From: a virus
Taxonomy: Duplodnaviria; Caudoviricetes
Virus record (IMG/VR): IMGVR_UViG_3300028925_005152
Span: 126 to 64,125 of that record
Length of the DNA: 64,000 bases
Direction: 5' to 3' (one strand)
Made by a program: the position numbers and the translations under genes. Positions 19,059 to 28,265 of this stretch are shown here, piece after piece. How positions within the stretch are numbered: the first letter of the stretch is position 1; every line of letters begins with the position of its first letter. Under the pieces are notes generated by a model. It was not told the origin of the DNA. It did no database searches and saw nothing but the letters and a program-made list of their open reading frames with translations.

Positions 19059-19838
19059 TTAACGTATGTTTTTGTATAAATCATCGTATGTTAAATCTGT
19101 TCCTACTTTATAAAATTTTACATTAGGAAAATCCCTTTGCACCATTCTAAATTGGTAGTCCCAGTTAATCGTGTTAAATCCACGACTTCCTTCAGGTAGA
19201 TAATTCTTACTACCCTTGTATATGTTATTTAGTGGCTTTGAATAATGACTTCCATCAAAACCTAACATATACACTTCCTCTGCACCACTCTTGCAAGCAA
19301 GATATAGTGCAGTATTCCCAGCAGACCATCCTCTAGGATAGCCTATCTCATTTACTTGGTCTTTTTTATCAACCCAAGTAATGTATAATCCAATATCCTT
19401 TTCCATCTTCTGTCTTAAATCCTGTTCAACTAAATTTGAATTTTGTGACATTGCTTGAAGAATATTGCTTTCAACTAGTTCTCTTGTTTTACCTTGAATT
19501 ACGCAATCTGTTTTAAAGTGTTTTTCAGTTTCAAAGATTTCACCATCAGTATCAGCCCAACCCATTTTCATTAGATTTGCATCAAAGTCTGGTAGAATAC
19601 TCCAATCAGTAAACCAAGATTTATTTTTAAGAGCATACCCTGAGTGGTATATCTCTTGTTGCATATTATAGTCTACTGCAACCAGATTGTCAACAGTAAA
19701 ATGACGATAAATTGCATTACACCCCCAACTAGTAAATCCATCACCTGTAATTGGTTCTCTGGGGCGAGACTCTCCGTTTCCGTAAACTAGATGTCTATTC
19801 ACCGTTGTTCCCATTATATCAATGGGTTCTACGTTCAT
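19059..19838 (-). CDS. Putative Maf/GT29-like fold protein
   Basis: YGNGESR, GCNAIYR-LVAVD, SAG-ALYLA-G-EEVYMLGFD; likely start MNVE at 19838. Confidence 0.55.
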   Translation of the reverse strand: MNVEPIDIMGTTVNRHLVYGNGESRPREPITGDGFTSWGCNAIYRHFTVDNLVAVDYNMQQEIYHSGYALKNKSWFTDWSILPDFDANLMKMGWADTDGEIFETEKHFKTDCVIQGKTRELVESNILQAMSQNSNLVEQDLRQKMEKDIGLYITWVDKKDQVNEIGYPRGWSAGNTALYLACKSGAEEVYMLGFDGSHYSKPLNNIYKGSKNYLPEGSRGFNTINWDYQFRMVQRDFPNVKFYKVGTDLTYDDLYKNIR

Positions 19839-20073
19839 TTCGTTTTTCTCCACCAAAGGCTTTGCGAGTAGGACGATAACCCTTTGGCCATTCTGGAATA
19901 CGACTTGCAAGTTTTTTGCATCGTTCTGTTAGCTGTACATTTTCCCTTTGCAGTTCAGCACATTCATATTCTAATTGTTTTATTCTATCTTTTGTCTTTG
20001 TGTCAGGTTTTTTGATTTGCATACCTTCTAAGACCCCAAAAGCATTTTTAACTTCACCAATGTCCATTACCAT
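19819..20073 (-). CDS. Hypothetical coiled-coil protein
   Basis: ORF with AGGAG RBS. Confidence 0.6.
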   Translation of the reverse strand: MVMDIGEVKNAFGVLEGMQIKKPDTKTKDRIKQLEYECAELQRENVQLTERCKKLASRIPEWPKGYRPTRKAFGGEKRNERRTH

Positions 20074-20078
20074 ATCTC

Positions 20079-20303
20079 CTATATCGGTAGTTGTGCTGAT
20101 TTTTCGACCAAGAAATTTAAATCTCTTGCATTTGCCTCAATTTTCTCTTTGAGGCCCTTAGTGATTAGTCTACCCACAGTTTCGGGTTCTATCTCGTTTT
20201 TCTGACAATACCAAACTACGGCATCCATATGAGTTATCCTTTTTTCTAAGGCAACCTTTTCAATTTCTAGTGAAAATGATTTAGGTGTTTGCATTTGTAG
20301 CAT
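20079..20303 (-). CDS. 33: Late transcription coactivator gp33
   Basis: FSLEIE...DAVVWYC...IEPE...LKEKIEANA-LNFL...LPI. Confidence 0.88.
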   Translation of the reverse strand: MLQMQTPKSFSLEIEKVALEKRITHMDAVVWYCQKNEIEPETVGRLITKGLKEKIEANARDLNFLVEKSAQLPI

Positions 20304-20351
20304 AAGCTATCCTTTTATTACTATTAATAATAACACAAAAGTCCCTCTGTG

Positions 20352-20564
20352 TCAATGGGTTTTCTCTTTATGCTTTTCGCATTTTGCATATGATGGACAA
20401 CAATACCAACATGAACTTTTTGCTATCCAAAATAAAACTTGTAAATATACTATAATCCAATATTCTTCAAGTCCATTTTTATTTTCTATAATCTCTCCGT
20501 ATGTGCTTAGCATAATCATCATAAGAAAGAAGCTGGTAAAGGGAATTAATAATAAAGAAATCAT
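20352..20564 (-). CDS. Hypothetical membrane protein
   Basis: Hydrophobic ORF with GGAG RBS. Confidence 0.4.
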   Translation of the reverse strand: MISLLLIPFTSFFLMMIMLSTYGEIIENKNGLEEYWIIVYLQVLFWIAKSSCWYCCPSYAKCEKHKEKTH

Positions 20565-20599
20565 TTATTCTCCGTAATATATTATAGTTATTGATAGTC

Positions 20600-21286
20600 T
20601 TAGACCGCAACTTTATCAATGACTTTTTTGTTTTGTGATTCCCATTCAGCAATAGTTTCAACCAAACGAGGTAGATATTCTTTTTTATCTTTTACAAACT
20701 CTTGGACTTCGCCATCTTGTGTAACAACAAGAATACAAATCTGGTTGATTTCAATTCCTGTGCGTTCTTCAAACATCTCTGCATACGCAGCCGTTTGGAT
20801 ATAATAAGATTCATTATATTCATCTTTGCGTGGATTAGTAGATGTCTTAAAATCAATAATAGACAATACACCATCAAACTCGGCAATACAATCAACTCTA
20901 CCAGCAACTCTGTATTTGTCACTGTAAAGTCCTGCCTCTTGAGATAGAATATAGTCTACACGATTTAATACATTATCACGCAGTTGTGTAAAAAGTGCGT
21001 GAGGTAAAAAGTTCTTGGTATGCTTTTGCATATCCTCGTTATTCAAATAATCTTCACACATATGGTGAACCGCAGTACCACGAGCTGCAGCCGTGCGTGA
21101 AATGTAGTTTGCTACATCATCACCAACACGCTTGCGCCATGCGTTCAGACCTTGTTTATTGCGTACTGAGAGGACAGTAGTAATTGATGGGTACTTATTA
21201 CCCTCTGGTGTTTCATATAAACGAATACCATCTTTGTTAGTTGCATTTATTTCAGCCAGATATACTGGTTTATGTGTATGTTTCAT
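20600..21286 (-). CDS. PD-(D/E)XK exonuclease (Cas4/RecB-like)
   Basis: YPSITTVL, RGTAVH, AGRVDC, IIDFKTS, YYIQ-AYA. Confidence 0.88.
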   Translation of the reverse strand: MKHTHKPVYLAEINATNKDGIRLYETPEGNKYPSITTVLSVRNKQGLNAWRKRVGDDVANYISRTAAARGTAVHHMCEDYLNNEDMQKHTKNFLPHALFTQLRDNVLNRVDYILSQEAGLYSDKYRVAGRVDCIAEFDGVLSIIDFKTSTNPRKDEYNESYYIQTAAYAEMFEERTGIEINQICILVVTQDGEVQEFVKDKKEYLPRLVETIAEWESQNKKVIDKVAV

Positions 21287-21316
21287 TTAGATTTCCTACC
21301 ATAATATTAAGTTATT

Positions 21317-21345
21317 ATTATAACACAACTGTATGCTATTGTCAA
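21317..21345 (-). promoter_or_regulatory. sigma70-like promoter
   Basis: TTGACA-N17-TATAAT. Confidence 0.7.
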
Positions 21346-21356
21346 GTAACAACACC

Positions 21357-21917
21357 TCATTTTAGATTATATAAATCATTTAGTACATGTTGTATAGGGT
21401 CAATTTCATTCAACATTTCCAGAGCAGCTGATGTTGTTTCTTCTACTCTGCGAGTCCAACCCCGACCAAAAGTTTCAAAGGTATTTAACCTTTCATAATA
21501 CTTTTGTCTTCTGGATTGATATTCTGTAATCGTTTCTTTCAGACCAACACGTTCTACATAAGAATTGACTATGCGTATAGTATTAGGCCCGATTGCACCA
21601 TCAGAGGTTGCACCCACAAGTGTTTGTAGATACTTCGCAGCCCGACTAGTTCCAGCATTAACACCAAAATCAAACACACACAAATCAAGACCATTTGGTA
21701 AGTTATCACCTTTGACCCTTCCCCAATAATTCTTTCGATAGATAGGAGCAACATCTTCAACCGTTAGGTCTTTCATTTCTTTTTTACCACCCCAAGCATC
21801 ATATACTCTTTTAGTAACACCAAGATTAGTTTGCCCGCCGGGATCCTTTGGGTGATTTACATATCCACCTTCGTGGTGCAGAATCATGTCCAGACATTGT
21901 TGATAGTTTTTAATCAT
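21357..21917 (-). CDS. GH108 lysozyme with peptidoglycan-binding domain (endolysin candidate)
   Basis: HEGGYVNHPKDPGG-TNLGVT, FDFGVNAG, DGAIGPNT, FGRGW-RR. Confidence 0.92.
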   Translation of the reverse strand: MIKNYQQCLDMILHHEGGYVNHPKDPGGQTNLGVTKRVYDAWGGKKEMKDLTVEDVAPIYRKNYWGRVKGDNLPNGLDLCVFDFGVNAGTSRAAKYLQTLVGATSDGAIGPNTIRIVNSYVERVGLKETITEYQSRRQKYYERLNTFETFGRGWTRRVEETTSAALEMLNEIDPIQHVLNDLYNLK

Positions 21918-22618
21918 ACTATTCCTAGCCCTAGTTTTGTTTTTTGGATAAGGTAGTTACGCACAAATCCTGAACGAACAATATCTCCGATATTAAATTC
22001 TGTACAATTGAACTCATTCATATTTTGCAATATTTGTAAAAAGTCCATTAGTCCATTTTTCTCATTGTTTTTAGTTAAGTCAGATTGTGCAAAATCTCCA
22101 CAGAAGAAAATCTTAGAATTTTGACCTACCCTAGTAATGATGGTATCGAGTTCATGAAAGTTTAGATTCTGACATTCATCAACAATGATAATACTATTGT
22201 CGAAAGTCAAACCTCTAAGAAAGGATGTTGATAGGAAGAAAAAACTTCCTTGTGCTTTCAAACGATCATACAGCATACTAAATGCTTGTTCGTTTGGTTG
22301 TTCAAACATGAATTGCATCATGTTAGAGTATGGTACTTGATAAAGTGCAGCCTTGTCTTCCTCATCGCCCGGCAAGAATCCAATCTCTCTTGTAGGTATA
22401 AGTGATCGTACTACAATAACTCTATCGTATGGAGTTTCAGGATTCAATACTTGTTGCAATGCGAGGTATAGAGAAACGAAAGTCTTTCCTGTACCAGCAC
22501 AACCGAATAGAAATTGATTCTTATCGTCTTTCCAAGAGTCAAATACTGATTGTTGACTGTCTGTAACAGGAGTAATTTTAGTTAGTTGACTGAATGTGAT
22601 ATCTTTTTTATTTGCCAT
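21914..22618 (-). CDS. phoH: PhoH-family ATPase
   Basis: GCAGTGKTF, IGFLPG, FLRGLTF, DECQN, GDFAQSDL; likely start MANKK. Confidence 0.95.
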   Translation of the reverse strand: MANKKDITFSQLTKITPVTDSQQSVFDSWKDDKNQFLFGCAGTGKTFVSLYLALQQVLNPETPYDRVIVVRSLIPTREIGFLPGDEEDKAALYQVPYSNMMQFMFEQPNEQAFSMLYDRLKAQGSFFFLSTSFLRGLTFDNSIIIVDECQNLNFHELDTIITRVGQNSKIFFCGDFAQSDLTKNNEKNGLMDFLQILQNMNEFNCTEFNIGDIVRSGFVRNYLIQKTKLGLGIV

Positions 22619-22638
22619 TACCAATCCTTTAAGAGAGT

Positions 22639-22679
22639 GCAACACACTGTGTCAATGCGTAGAAGACACAGTGTGTTGC
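22639..22679. promoter_or_regulatory. Perfect 15-bp inverted repeat upstream of phoH
   Basis: GCAACACACTGTGTC-N11-GACACAGTGTGTTGC. Confidence 0.6.
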
Positions 22680-22737
22680 TTAGGTGTATGAAAACTGAAA
22701 ACATAAGCTTATATTGAATCCATACAATACTATTTAG

Positions 22738-23103
22738 TTATTTTACTAACTGACCTTGACGATATTCTCGTGCAATTGCAGTTAAATCGTGAGATTTTCC
22801 TATACTTTTTATCTTATGTTTATTAAGAACACCCATTGTATTAATTTCTTTGTGTGCTCTATTTGAACCAAATTTGTCTGCTAATGGAGAGTTTGGGTGT
22901 GCCTCTGCAATCCTAGACATATTTTCTTTAAATCCGTCATCTGTTCTATAACTTCTACCTTCAACACCACTAATAAGAGCAGGAGCAGTTACAACTGATT
23001 TAAATGCAGGGTGTTCTTCCAGAAAAGTTTCTAGTTCATCCCAAGAACACATAGTATCCATTTCTTCATTAGTTTCAGTGTTCATTATTGTATATGTTGG
23101 CAT
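22738..23103 (-). CDS. Conserved T4-like hypothetical protein (FmdB-like N-terminus)
   Basis: MPTY...FLEEHP...DGFKENMSRIAEAHP. Confidence 0.65.
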   Translation of the reverse strand: MPTYTIMNTETNEEMDTMCSWDELETFLEEHPAFKSVVTAPALISGVEGRSYRTDDGFKENMSRIAEAHPNSPLADKFGSNRAHKEINTMGVLNKHKIKSIGKSHDLTAIAREYRQGQLVK

Positions 23104-23345
23104 TATTTTTTTTCTTCCTTAATTAATCGGAGTTCTTCACTTAACATCTTAATTCTTTCAAGTGCTGCATAGTAAGATTTTGTTAGAGCTCTCATGTCCA
23201 TTTCCATAATACTTAAAGAAGAATCATTGTAATATTTAGAATGATTTTCTTTTTCCTTTTTATCTTTAGCATCTTCTTCAGCACTTGTTCCTAAGATTTG
23301 CCTTCTGAGTAGTCGATCATATATCATGTTGTCGTCCTGTACCAT
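23103..23345 (-). CDS. Hypothetical protein
   Basis: Coupled ORF. Confidence 0.5.
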   Translation of the reverse strand: MVQDDNMIYDRLLRRQILGTSAEEDAKDKKEKENHSKYYNDSSLSIMEMDMRALTKSYYAALERIKMLSEELRLIKEEKK

Positions 23346-23866
23346 TCTGGTTTCTCCCTACCCTTCCAAGTTGCAAACCCACTTTTCTCTGTTATATAGT
23401 ACTTTCTATAAGCAAGGATTGGATTACCCACCACCTTGCATGTTTCAGGCATACATTGAGGCATTGGTGTTCCTTTCTTAAAAGGAATATTCAATGGTGG
23501 GTCTTTAAGCAACATTGATGGTTTGGTTGAACCATGAACTTTACCATAACGATTTGTATACTCTGCAAGTGTTGCCCTGTAGAGTTTGTACATTTGCAAA
23601 TAGTTTTCGACAGACTCGCGAACCCATATTGCAGATGGGTGGTTAATGTGAGAAGCTTTGTATAATACATCTTCTCGTTCATCAGACAATCGCCATCTTT
23701 TAATGTTTCTATTATTCTTAGTTTTGCCTAGATACAACTCTCCGTCAAGCACTCTGTGTGCAGTTGACATCAGTTGTGCGTATTCTATAGGCATTTTGAC
23801 TACATGTTTATCTATGTGATACTCTGCACATATTACAGGGTCTTTGTGTAAGTAAAATATATTCAT
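23324..23866 (-). CDS. Pyrimidine-dimer DNA glycosylase (DenV-like family)
   Basis: MNIFYL-DP-A-H-DKHVVKM-E-AQL-STAH, H-NHPS-W, AYR-YY. Confidence 0.8.
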   Translation of the reverse strand: MNIFYLHKDPVICAEYHIDKHVVKMPIEYAQLMSTAHRVLDGELYLGKTKNNRNIKRWRLSDEREDVLYKASHINHPSAIWVRESVENYLQMYKLYRATLAEYTNRYGKVHGSTKPSMLLKDPPLNIPFKKGTPMPQCMPETCKVVGNPILAYRKYYITEKSGFATWKGREKPEWYRTTT

Positions 23867-23873
23867 AGGTGTA

Positions 23874-23902
23874 ATTATAACAAATTATTGTTGTTTTGTC
23901 AA
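23874..23902 (-). promoter_or_regulatory. sigma70-like promoter
   Basis: TTGACA-N17-TATAAT. Confidence 0.7.
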
Positions 23903-23918
23903 GAGAAAATCTTTTATT

Positions 23919-24479
23919 TCACCTTTCCCAACGATAAAATATGTGATCTCCAATCTCTATAGTTTTTGTTTTAGTCTTGGCCCAAGAAGGACTGACATAA
24001 TCTGCGTGGTAATGTGTAGCACCATCAGTTATATCTAACAAGACTACATTAGAAATTAATGCTATAGTTGCAAGCTCTGTAATATCTTTATATTGTTTTA
24101 TACTTCTTTTATTAATAGTGTCAGACTTACCATCACAATACCAACTAAACTGGCAACGATTACGAACAGGTATCAATTCGCCAGTGCCTTTCCAACTAGG
24201 TCTGTGTTCGCCTTGTTTAACAACTTCACATACTGTATTAGGAAATCGTGAATCTTTTACTCTATTCAAAGTAACAGCAATAACAGCATACCAACCGCCA
24301 GTGCTTTGATTTCGTGCCTCATGATATACATTGTCAGCAAGACAAGTTATTTCTTCTTGTGGTATATCAAAGTTTATTGTTTCATTATTTGTAAACATCT
24401 GTTCTGGAGCAGCAACAGAAAGACTTATCAAAACTACAAATTCAGTCAAGTTAATCATATTATATTTTTTTCCCAACAT
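23919..24479 (-). CDS. SleB/CwlJ-like cell wall hydrolase
   Basis: CLA-NVYHEARNQ, NRV-RFPNTVCEVV, CQFSW, GATHYHA-YV-P-W, IGDHIFY. Confidence 0.9.
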   Translation of the reverse strand: MLGKKYNMINLTEFVVLISLSVAAPEQMFTNNETINFDIPQEEITCLADNVYHEARNQSTGGWYAVIAVTLNRVKDSRFPNTVCEVVKQGEHRPSWKGTGELIPVRNRCQFSWYCDGKSDTINKRSIKQYKDITELATIALISNVVLLDITDGATHYHADYVSPSWAKTKTKTIEIGDHIFYRWER

Positions 24480-24907
24480 TCATCAGCAAACTGATACTCT
24501 AAACTATAGGCTTCCTTTTCCCAAGGCCAATCCCAATATCCACAATCTTTACTGATTAGGTTGTTTTTCCATTTGGGTTGGTCTAAACCATTCCAATCAG
24601 ATATTTCCTTACGAGCATATTGTTTCACATGAATCATTTCGTGACAAATGGCAACAACCATATCCTTTATATTAAGTTTCTTATCTATCTCAATATAAAA
24701 CTCACGATTATTATCACCAATCATACAATAGCCTGTTGCGTCATCTTGTATATTTGTTAGTTCAACATTAACTTGTAGTGTTCTGTGGCGGGGTAATAAT
24801 TTCTTAATCATATACTTAATAACTGAATTACAGAGTTTTCTTTGATGTTTACTTCCACCAGAGATGTCAATAATATTCATTTTAAGAGATATTTCAATAA
24901 TTGTCAT
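24455..24907 (-). CDS. HExxH zinc metallopeptidase-like protein
   Basis: CHEMIHVKQY...PWEKEA. Confidence 0.75.
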   Translation of the reverse strand: MTIIEISLKMNIIDISGGSKHQRKLCNSVIKYMIKKLLPRHRTLQVNVELTNIQDDATGYCMIGDNNREFYIEIDKKLNIKDMVVAICHEMIHVKQYARKEISDWNGLDQPKWKNNLISKDCGYWDWPWEKEAYSLEYQFADECWEKNII

Positions 24908-24939
24908 TTTAAATTTCTCATCTAATTATTGAAATAAAG

Positions 24940-24988
24940 TGACCCAGTTGGCGTTTGAGATGAGAGAGAGAGAGTGCCAACTGAGTCA
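24940..24988 (-). ncRNA. Candidate hairpin RNA with CU-repeat loop
   Basis: 13-bp stem that pairs fully (with one G-U) only on the minus strand, just behind an early promoter. Confidence 0.45.
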
Positions 24989-25020
24989 TGACTTTTAATC
25001 TTTTTTTATCTTGTGTAACT

Positions 25021-25049
25021 ATTATACTCCATTTATGAATCAATGTCAA
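25021..25049 (-). promoter_or_regulatory. Consensus sigma70-like early promoter, near-copy of 8933-8961
   Basis: TTGACA-N17-TATAAT; spacer differs by 1 nt from the 8933 copy. Confidence 0.8.
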
Positions 25050-25068
25050 GACATTTTAAGTATTATTT

Positions 25069-26229
25069 TTAAGACCTTAAATATCGAATCATTATTTCTG
25101 CAAGAGCTTTAAACCACCTTTCATCGTTACCTCTGGTGGTTTCTGCTGCAACTCCGATTCTAACTCCAGAGGTTTCAATAAAACCGCGAGTATCGTTAGG
25201 AACACCATTTTTATTTACAGTAATAGATTTTTGTTCTAGTAAATCTGCAAATTCACGACCACTATACTTTTCTTTATTCAAGTTAATAGTAAACATATGA
25301 GATTGTGTTCCACCAGATACTATTTCTACATCAGCATCTATGAATGTCTGTGCCATTATATTTGCATTAGCTATTACACGTTTAGTATATAACTGAAAGT
25401 CTGGTTGTAATGCTTCGTAGAAACATTGTGCTTTAGCGGCAATGATGTGCATCAGAGGCCCACCTTGAGTGCCGGGAAATACTGCACTGTTAATTTTATT
25501 ACTGTATTCTTTATCGTTCCACAAAATCATACCACCGCGAGGGCCTCGTAAAGTTTTGTGTGTGGTGGTGGTTGCAACATCTGCATAAGGAAATGGATTA
25601 GGATATGATTTACCAGCAATGAGTCCAGAGTAGTGACTGATATCTGCAAGTAAGATTGCACCTACCGAGTCTGCCATTTTTCTGAATCGTTTCCAATCAA
25701 TCACTCGACTATATGCACTTGCTCCTGCAATAATCATTTTAGGATTATTATCTAATACTAGTTTTTCTGCTTCATCATAATCAATAATTCCATCAGCATC
25801 AACGCCATAACTCTTAGTGACGAACCACTTACCACTTATGTTAACCTTCGCACCATGTGATAAGTGACCACCACTAGACAAGTCCATACTAACAATTAAA
25901 TCGCCGGGCGTTAAGAATGTTTTGAATACCGCAAGATTTGCATTTGCACCACTGTGAGGCTGAACATTTGCAAAGTTACAACCAAATAATTTAGTTGCGT
26001 ATTCAATGGCAAGGTCTTCTACCTTATCAACTTCATCGCAACCATTGTAGTATCTTTTGCCGGGCAAACCTTCTGCATACTTATTGGTTAAGATACTACC
26101 ACACAATTCCATTACTTCTGGACTAGTGAAGTTCTCACTTGCGATTAGTTCTACCGTATTAAATTGACGAGCAGCCTCAGCAGTTACTATTTGTTCAATG
26201 CGGGGGTCAATAAACTTCTGCACATTCAC
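25069..26229 (-). CDS. glyA: Serine hydroxymethyltransferase
   Basis: LIASEN, NKYAEG-PGKRYY, NVQPHSG, GGHLSHG, TTTHKTLRGPRGG (PLP lysine), FPGTQGGP. Confidence 0.97.
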   Translation of the reverse strand: MNVQKFIDPRIEQIVTAEAARQFNTVELIASENFTSPEVMELCGSILTNKYAEGLPGKRYYNGCDEVDKVEDLAIEYATKLFGCNFANVQPHSGANANLAVFKTFLTPGDLIVSMDLSSGGHLSHGAKVNISGKWFVTKSYGVDADGIIDYDEAEKLVLDNNPKMIIAGASAYSRVIDWKRFRKMADSVGAILLADISHYSGLIAGKSYPNPFPYADVATTTTHKTLRGPRGGMILWNDKEYSNKINSAVFPGTQGGPLMHIIAAKAQCFYEALQPDFQLYTKRVIANANIMAQTFIDADVEIVSGGTQSHMFTINLNKEKYSGREFADLLEQKSITVNKNGVPNDTRGFIETSGVRIGVAAETTRGNDERWFKALAEIMIRYLRS

Positions 26230-26243
26230 ACCTTTAGTTTATT

Positions 26244-26768
26244 TTAATCAACGAGTCCACTAGCAGAACGAGAACCTTGTGGATATACATCTGGTTCTGG
26301 AATCATAAAGTTTTCGTCCCAACCAAATGCTTCTTGGATTACCTTTGCAGATAGACCTTTATAAGCTTGATGTAGTTTTTTGTCTTTTGCAATAACTAAA
26401 AGTTTTGCTTCACTTTCGTGTAACGACTCTAGTAACTGAAAGAACATGTTTTCTTTCTGATGTTGTTTTGTTAGAGGGTCAGCGCCTTTGATGAAATGCC
26501 AAAGTTTCTTTGCTTCCATTGAAAGTACTGTATGATCTGTACCTTCGGGTGCATCATTAGGTGTGTATGGTGTTGCACCTTCTGGGAAGACCCATTCTTT
26601 TGTAGGGTCAAATGAAGCTTTCAGCAACATTCTTAATGCGTCAGTGTTGTGTTTTTGTAACAGTTGTACTTTCTGTGCTTTAGTTTTTGCTTTTCCTACT
26701 TTTTCAAGTATCTCTGAAAAGAGGGGTGTATATGTTTCTTCTGGCTTAGCCATGTTAAAATTCTCCAA
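26244..26768 (-). CDS. Conserved T4-like hypothetical protein
   Basis: PEG-PY-PND-P-G, E-MFFQLLESLH-EA-LL-KDK motif downstream of rnh. Confidence 0.65.
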   Translation of the reverse strand: MENFNMAKPEETYTPLFSEILEKVGKAKTKAQKVQLLQKHNTDALRMLLKASFDPTKEWVFPEGATPYTPNDAPEGTDHTVLSMEAKKLWHFIKGADPLTKQHQKENMFFQLLESLHESEAKLLVIAKDKKLHQAYKGLSAKVIQEAFGWDENFMIPEPDVYPQGSRSASGLVD

Positions 26769-27594
26769 TTGTTTCAGTAAGATTTTTCAATCTTGATTGT
26801 ATAAAATAATTTAATAGTTTACTACGGTCACCACAGGGAGCATTGTTAAAGACTTCATTAATTTCAGTCTCCAACTCAGATGGAATCTTATCAAGACTGA
26901 TAAGAGTTTCATTCCTTTGGTAATTTCTTTTAACTTCATCAGGTAAATCATCAATATTTATATTCAACCAATTTTCAATCTTCTTTTTTGTTAAAGGTTT
27001 TTGTCTTAATCCATCGACAAAGGTGTTATCAGGTGATAGAACATTAGGTACTCCATCACTAGTGTCGCCTTTAAGTATATGCTCTTTTATATAGGTGTTT
27101 GGATTATACCCATTTACATACTTTTTAAGAATAGGTGAATATTGTTTTATATCAGGATACTTCTGTAACTGAATAAAGTCTTTATCGCCAGAGACAATCA
27201 TAATTGGTTCTTGTTTGTTTTTTACAAGAGTAGCAATAATATCATCAGCCTCTGCACCATAAACTTCTAGGTACTTGTATGGTAGATTGTCTTTGAACTC
27301 TGCTTTAATTTTATTCAGAACCTCAAAGATTGAATCCCAATCCAAGTCAGATTTCTCTCTACCCTTTCTACGACTTGCTTTGTAGTTCGGGAAGAAATCA
27401 CGGCGCCAGTAATGTTTGGAATCATATGCAAGTACAACCTCGCCATATTCCTCAGTAAACTGACTACGATACATACGAACCGAGTTAAGAATCATGTGTC
27501 TTACCATATTCTCATCTGGTTCTTTTGATTTAGTCATATTCAAATGCATCATTAGACTAGCTACTGTGATTTGATTCATATCAATAATAATCAT
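26755..27594 (-). CDS. rnh: T4-like RNase H / 5'-3' exonuclease
   Basis: IIIDMNQ, YWRRD-FP-YKA-R, EADDII, SGDKDFIQL, GDTSDGVPN. Confidence 0.95.
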   Translation of the reverse strand: MIIIDMNQITVASLMMHLNMTKSKEPDENMVRHMILNSVRMYRSQFTEEYGEVVLAYDSKHYWRRDFFPNYKASRRKGREKSDLDWDSIFEVLNKIKAEFKDNLPYKYLEVYGAEADDIIATLVKNKQEPIMIVSGDKDFIQLQKYPDIKQYSPILKKYVNGYNPNTYIKEHILKGDTSDGVPNVLSPDNTFVDGLRQKPLTKKKIENWLNINIDDLPDEVKRNYQRNETLISLDKIPSELETEINEVFNNAPCGDRSKLLNYFIQSRLKNLTETIGEF

Positions 27595-28265
27595 ATTTTA
27601 TAATGAGCATTGAAGCTCATACTCCTTCTTTCACCATCAGAATAAAATGGATAAACAGAATGTTTTAACCAAGATGGGAATATTAACATCATTCCGACTT
27701 CTGGAACAAATTTAAGATTGTCACTCCTAAAGTCAGACTTTTCGCCATACATAAATTCAATAAGGCCTGTTGATGGATAGTGGTCTTTAAATTCTTTTGC
27801 ATTTTCCTCACCCATACCTTCTGGTATTTTGAGATAAATAACACCAGAGAAATTACCACTGTGTGTATGCCATGGATTGTATTCGTGTTTGTATTGACTT
27901 ACAATCCAACTCTGTGCAAGATGGATATTGTCAATGGTTGGTTTTATGCCTTTCGACATCTTAGTCCAACCATATGCACGATTAGAATCTTCCATGTGTT
28001 CTAGGTAGGTCAGGCACCCTTTTTTTAGTGTGTCTGATAGGAACTTAGATTCTTTTTTGTCGTATACAGGAATCTTTACTTCCTTTGATACCTTACCAAC
28101 AAGGTTATCAGAGAAATCAAATTTCTTGGAAAGACTCTCATCTCCCAATACGGCATCACCAGCATTATTAACCAAAGTAATAAATTCTTCTGGCACTTCA
28201 AATTGTAAAATTGTAGGACTAAAATTTTGCCATACAATAGGTTCAGCTGTTAGGTTCATCTTCAC
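27591..28265 (-). CDS. 2OG-Fe(II) oxygenase (TIGR02466-like)
   Basis: YNPWHTH, SGVIYL, IFPSWLKHSVYP, ERRSMSFN. Confidence 0.85.
   Translation of the reverse strand: MKMNLTAEPIVWQNFSPTILQFEVPEEFITLVNNAGDAVLGDESLSKKFDFSDNLVGKVSKEVKIPVYDKKESKFLSDTLKKGCLTYLEHMEDSNRAYGWTKMSKGIKPTIDNIHLAQSWIVSQYKHEYNPWHTHSGNFSGVIYLKIPEGMGEENAKEFKDHYPSTGLIEFMYGEKSDFRSDNLKFVPEVGMMLIFPSWLKHSVYPFYSDGERRSMSFNAHYKI

Noticed and set aside
20600-21286. Cas4-like nuclease as evidence of CRISPR-Cas
   Set aside because: Stand-alone exonuclease common in T4-like phages; no cas genes or array nearby.
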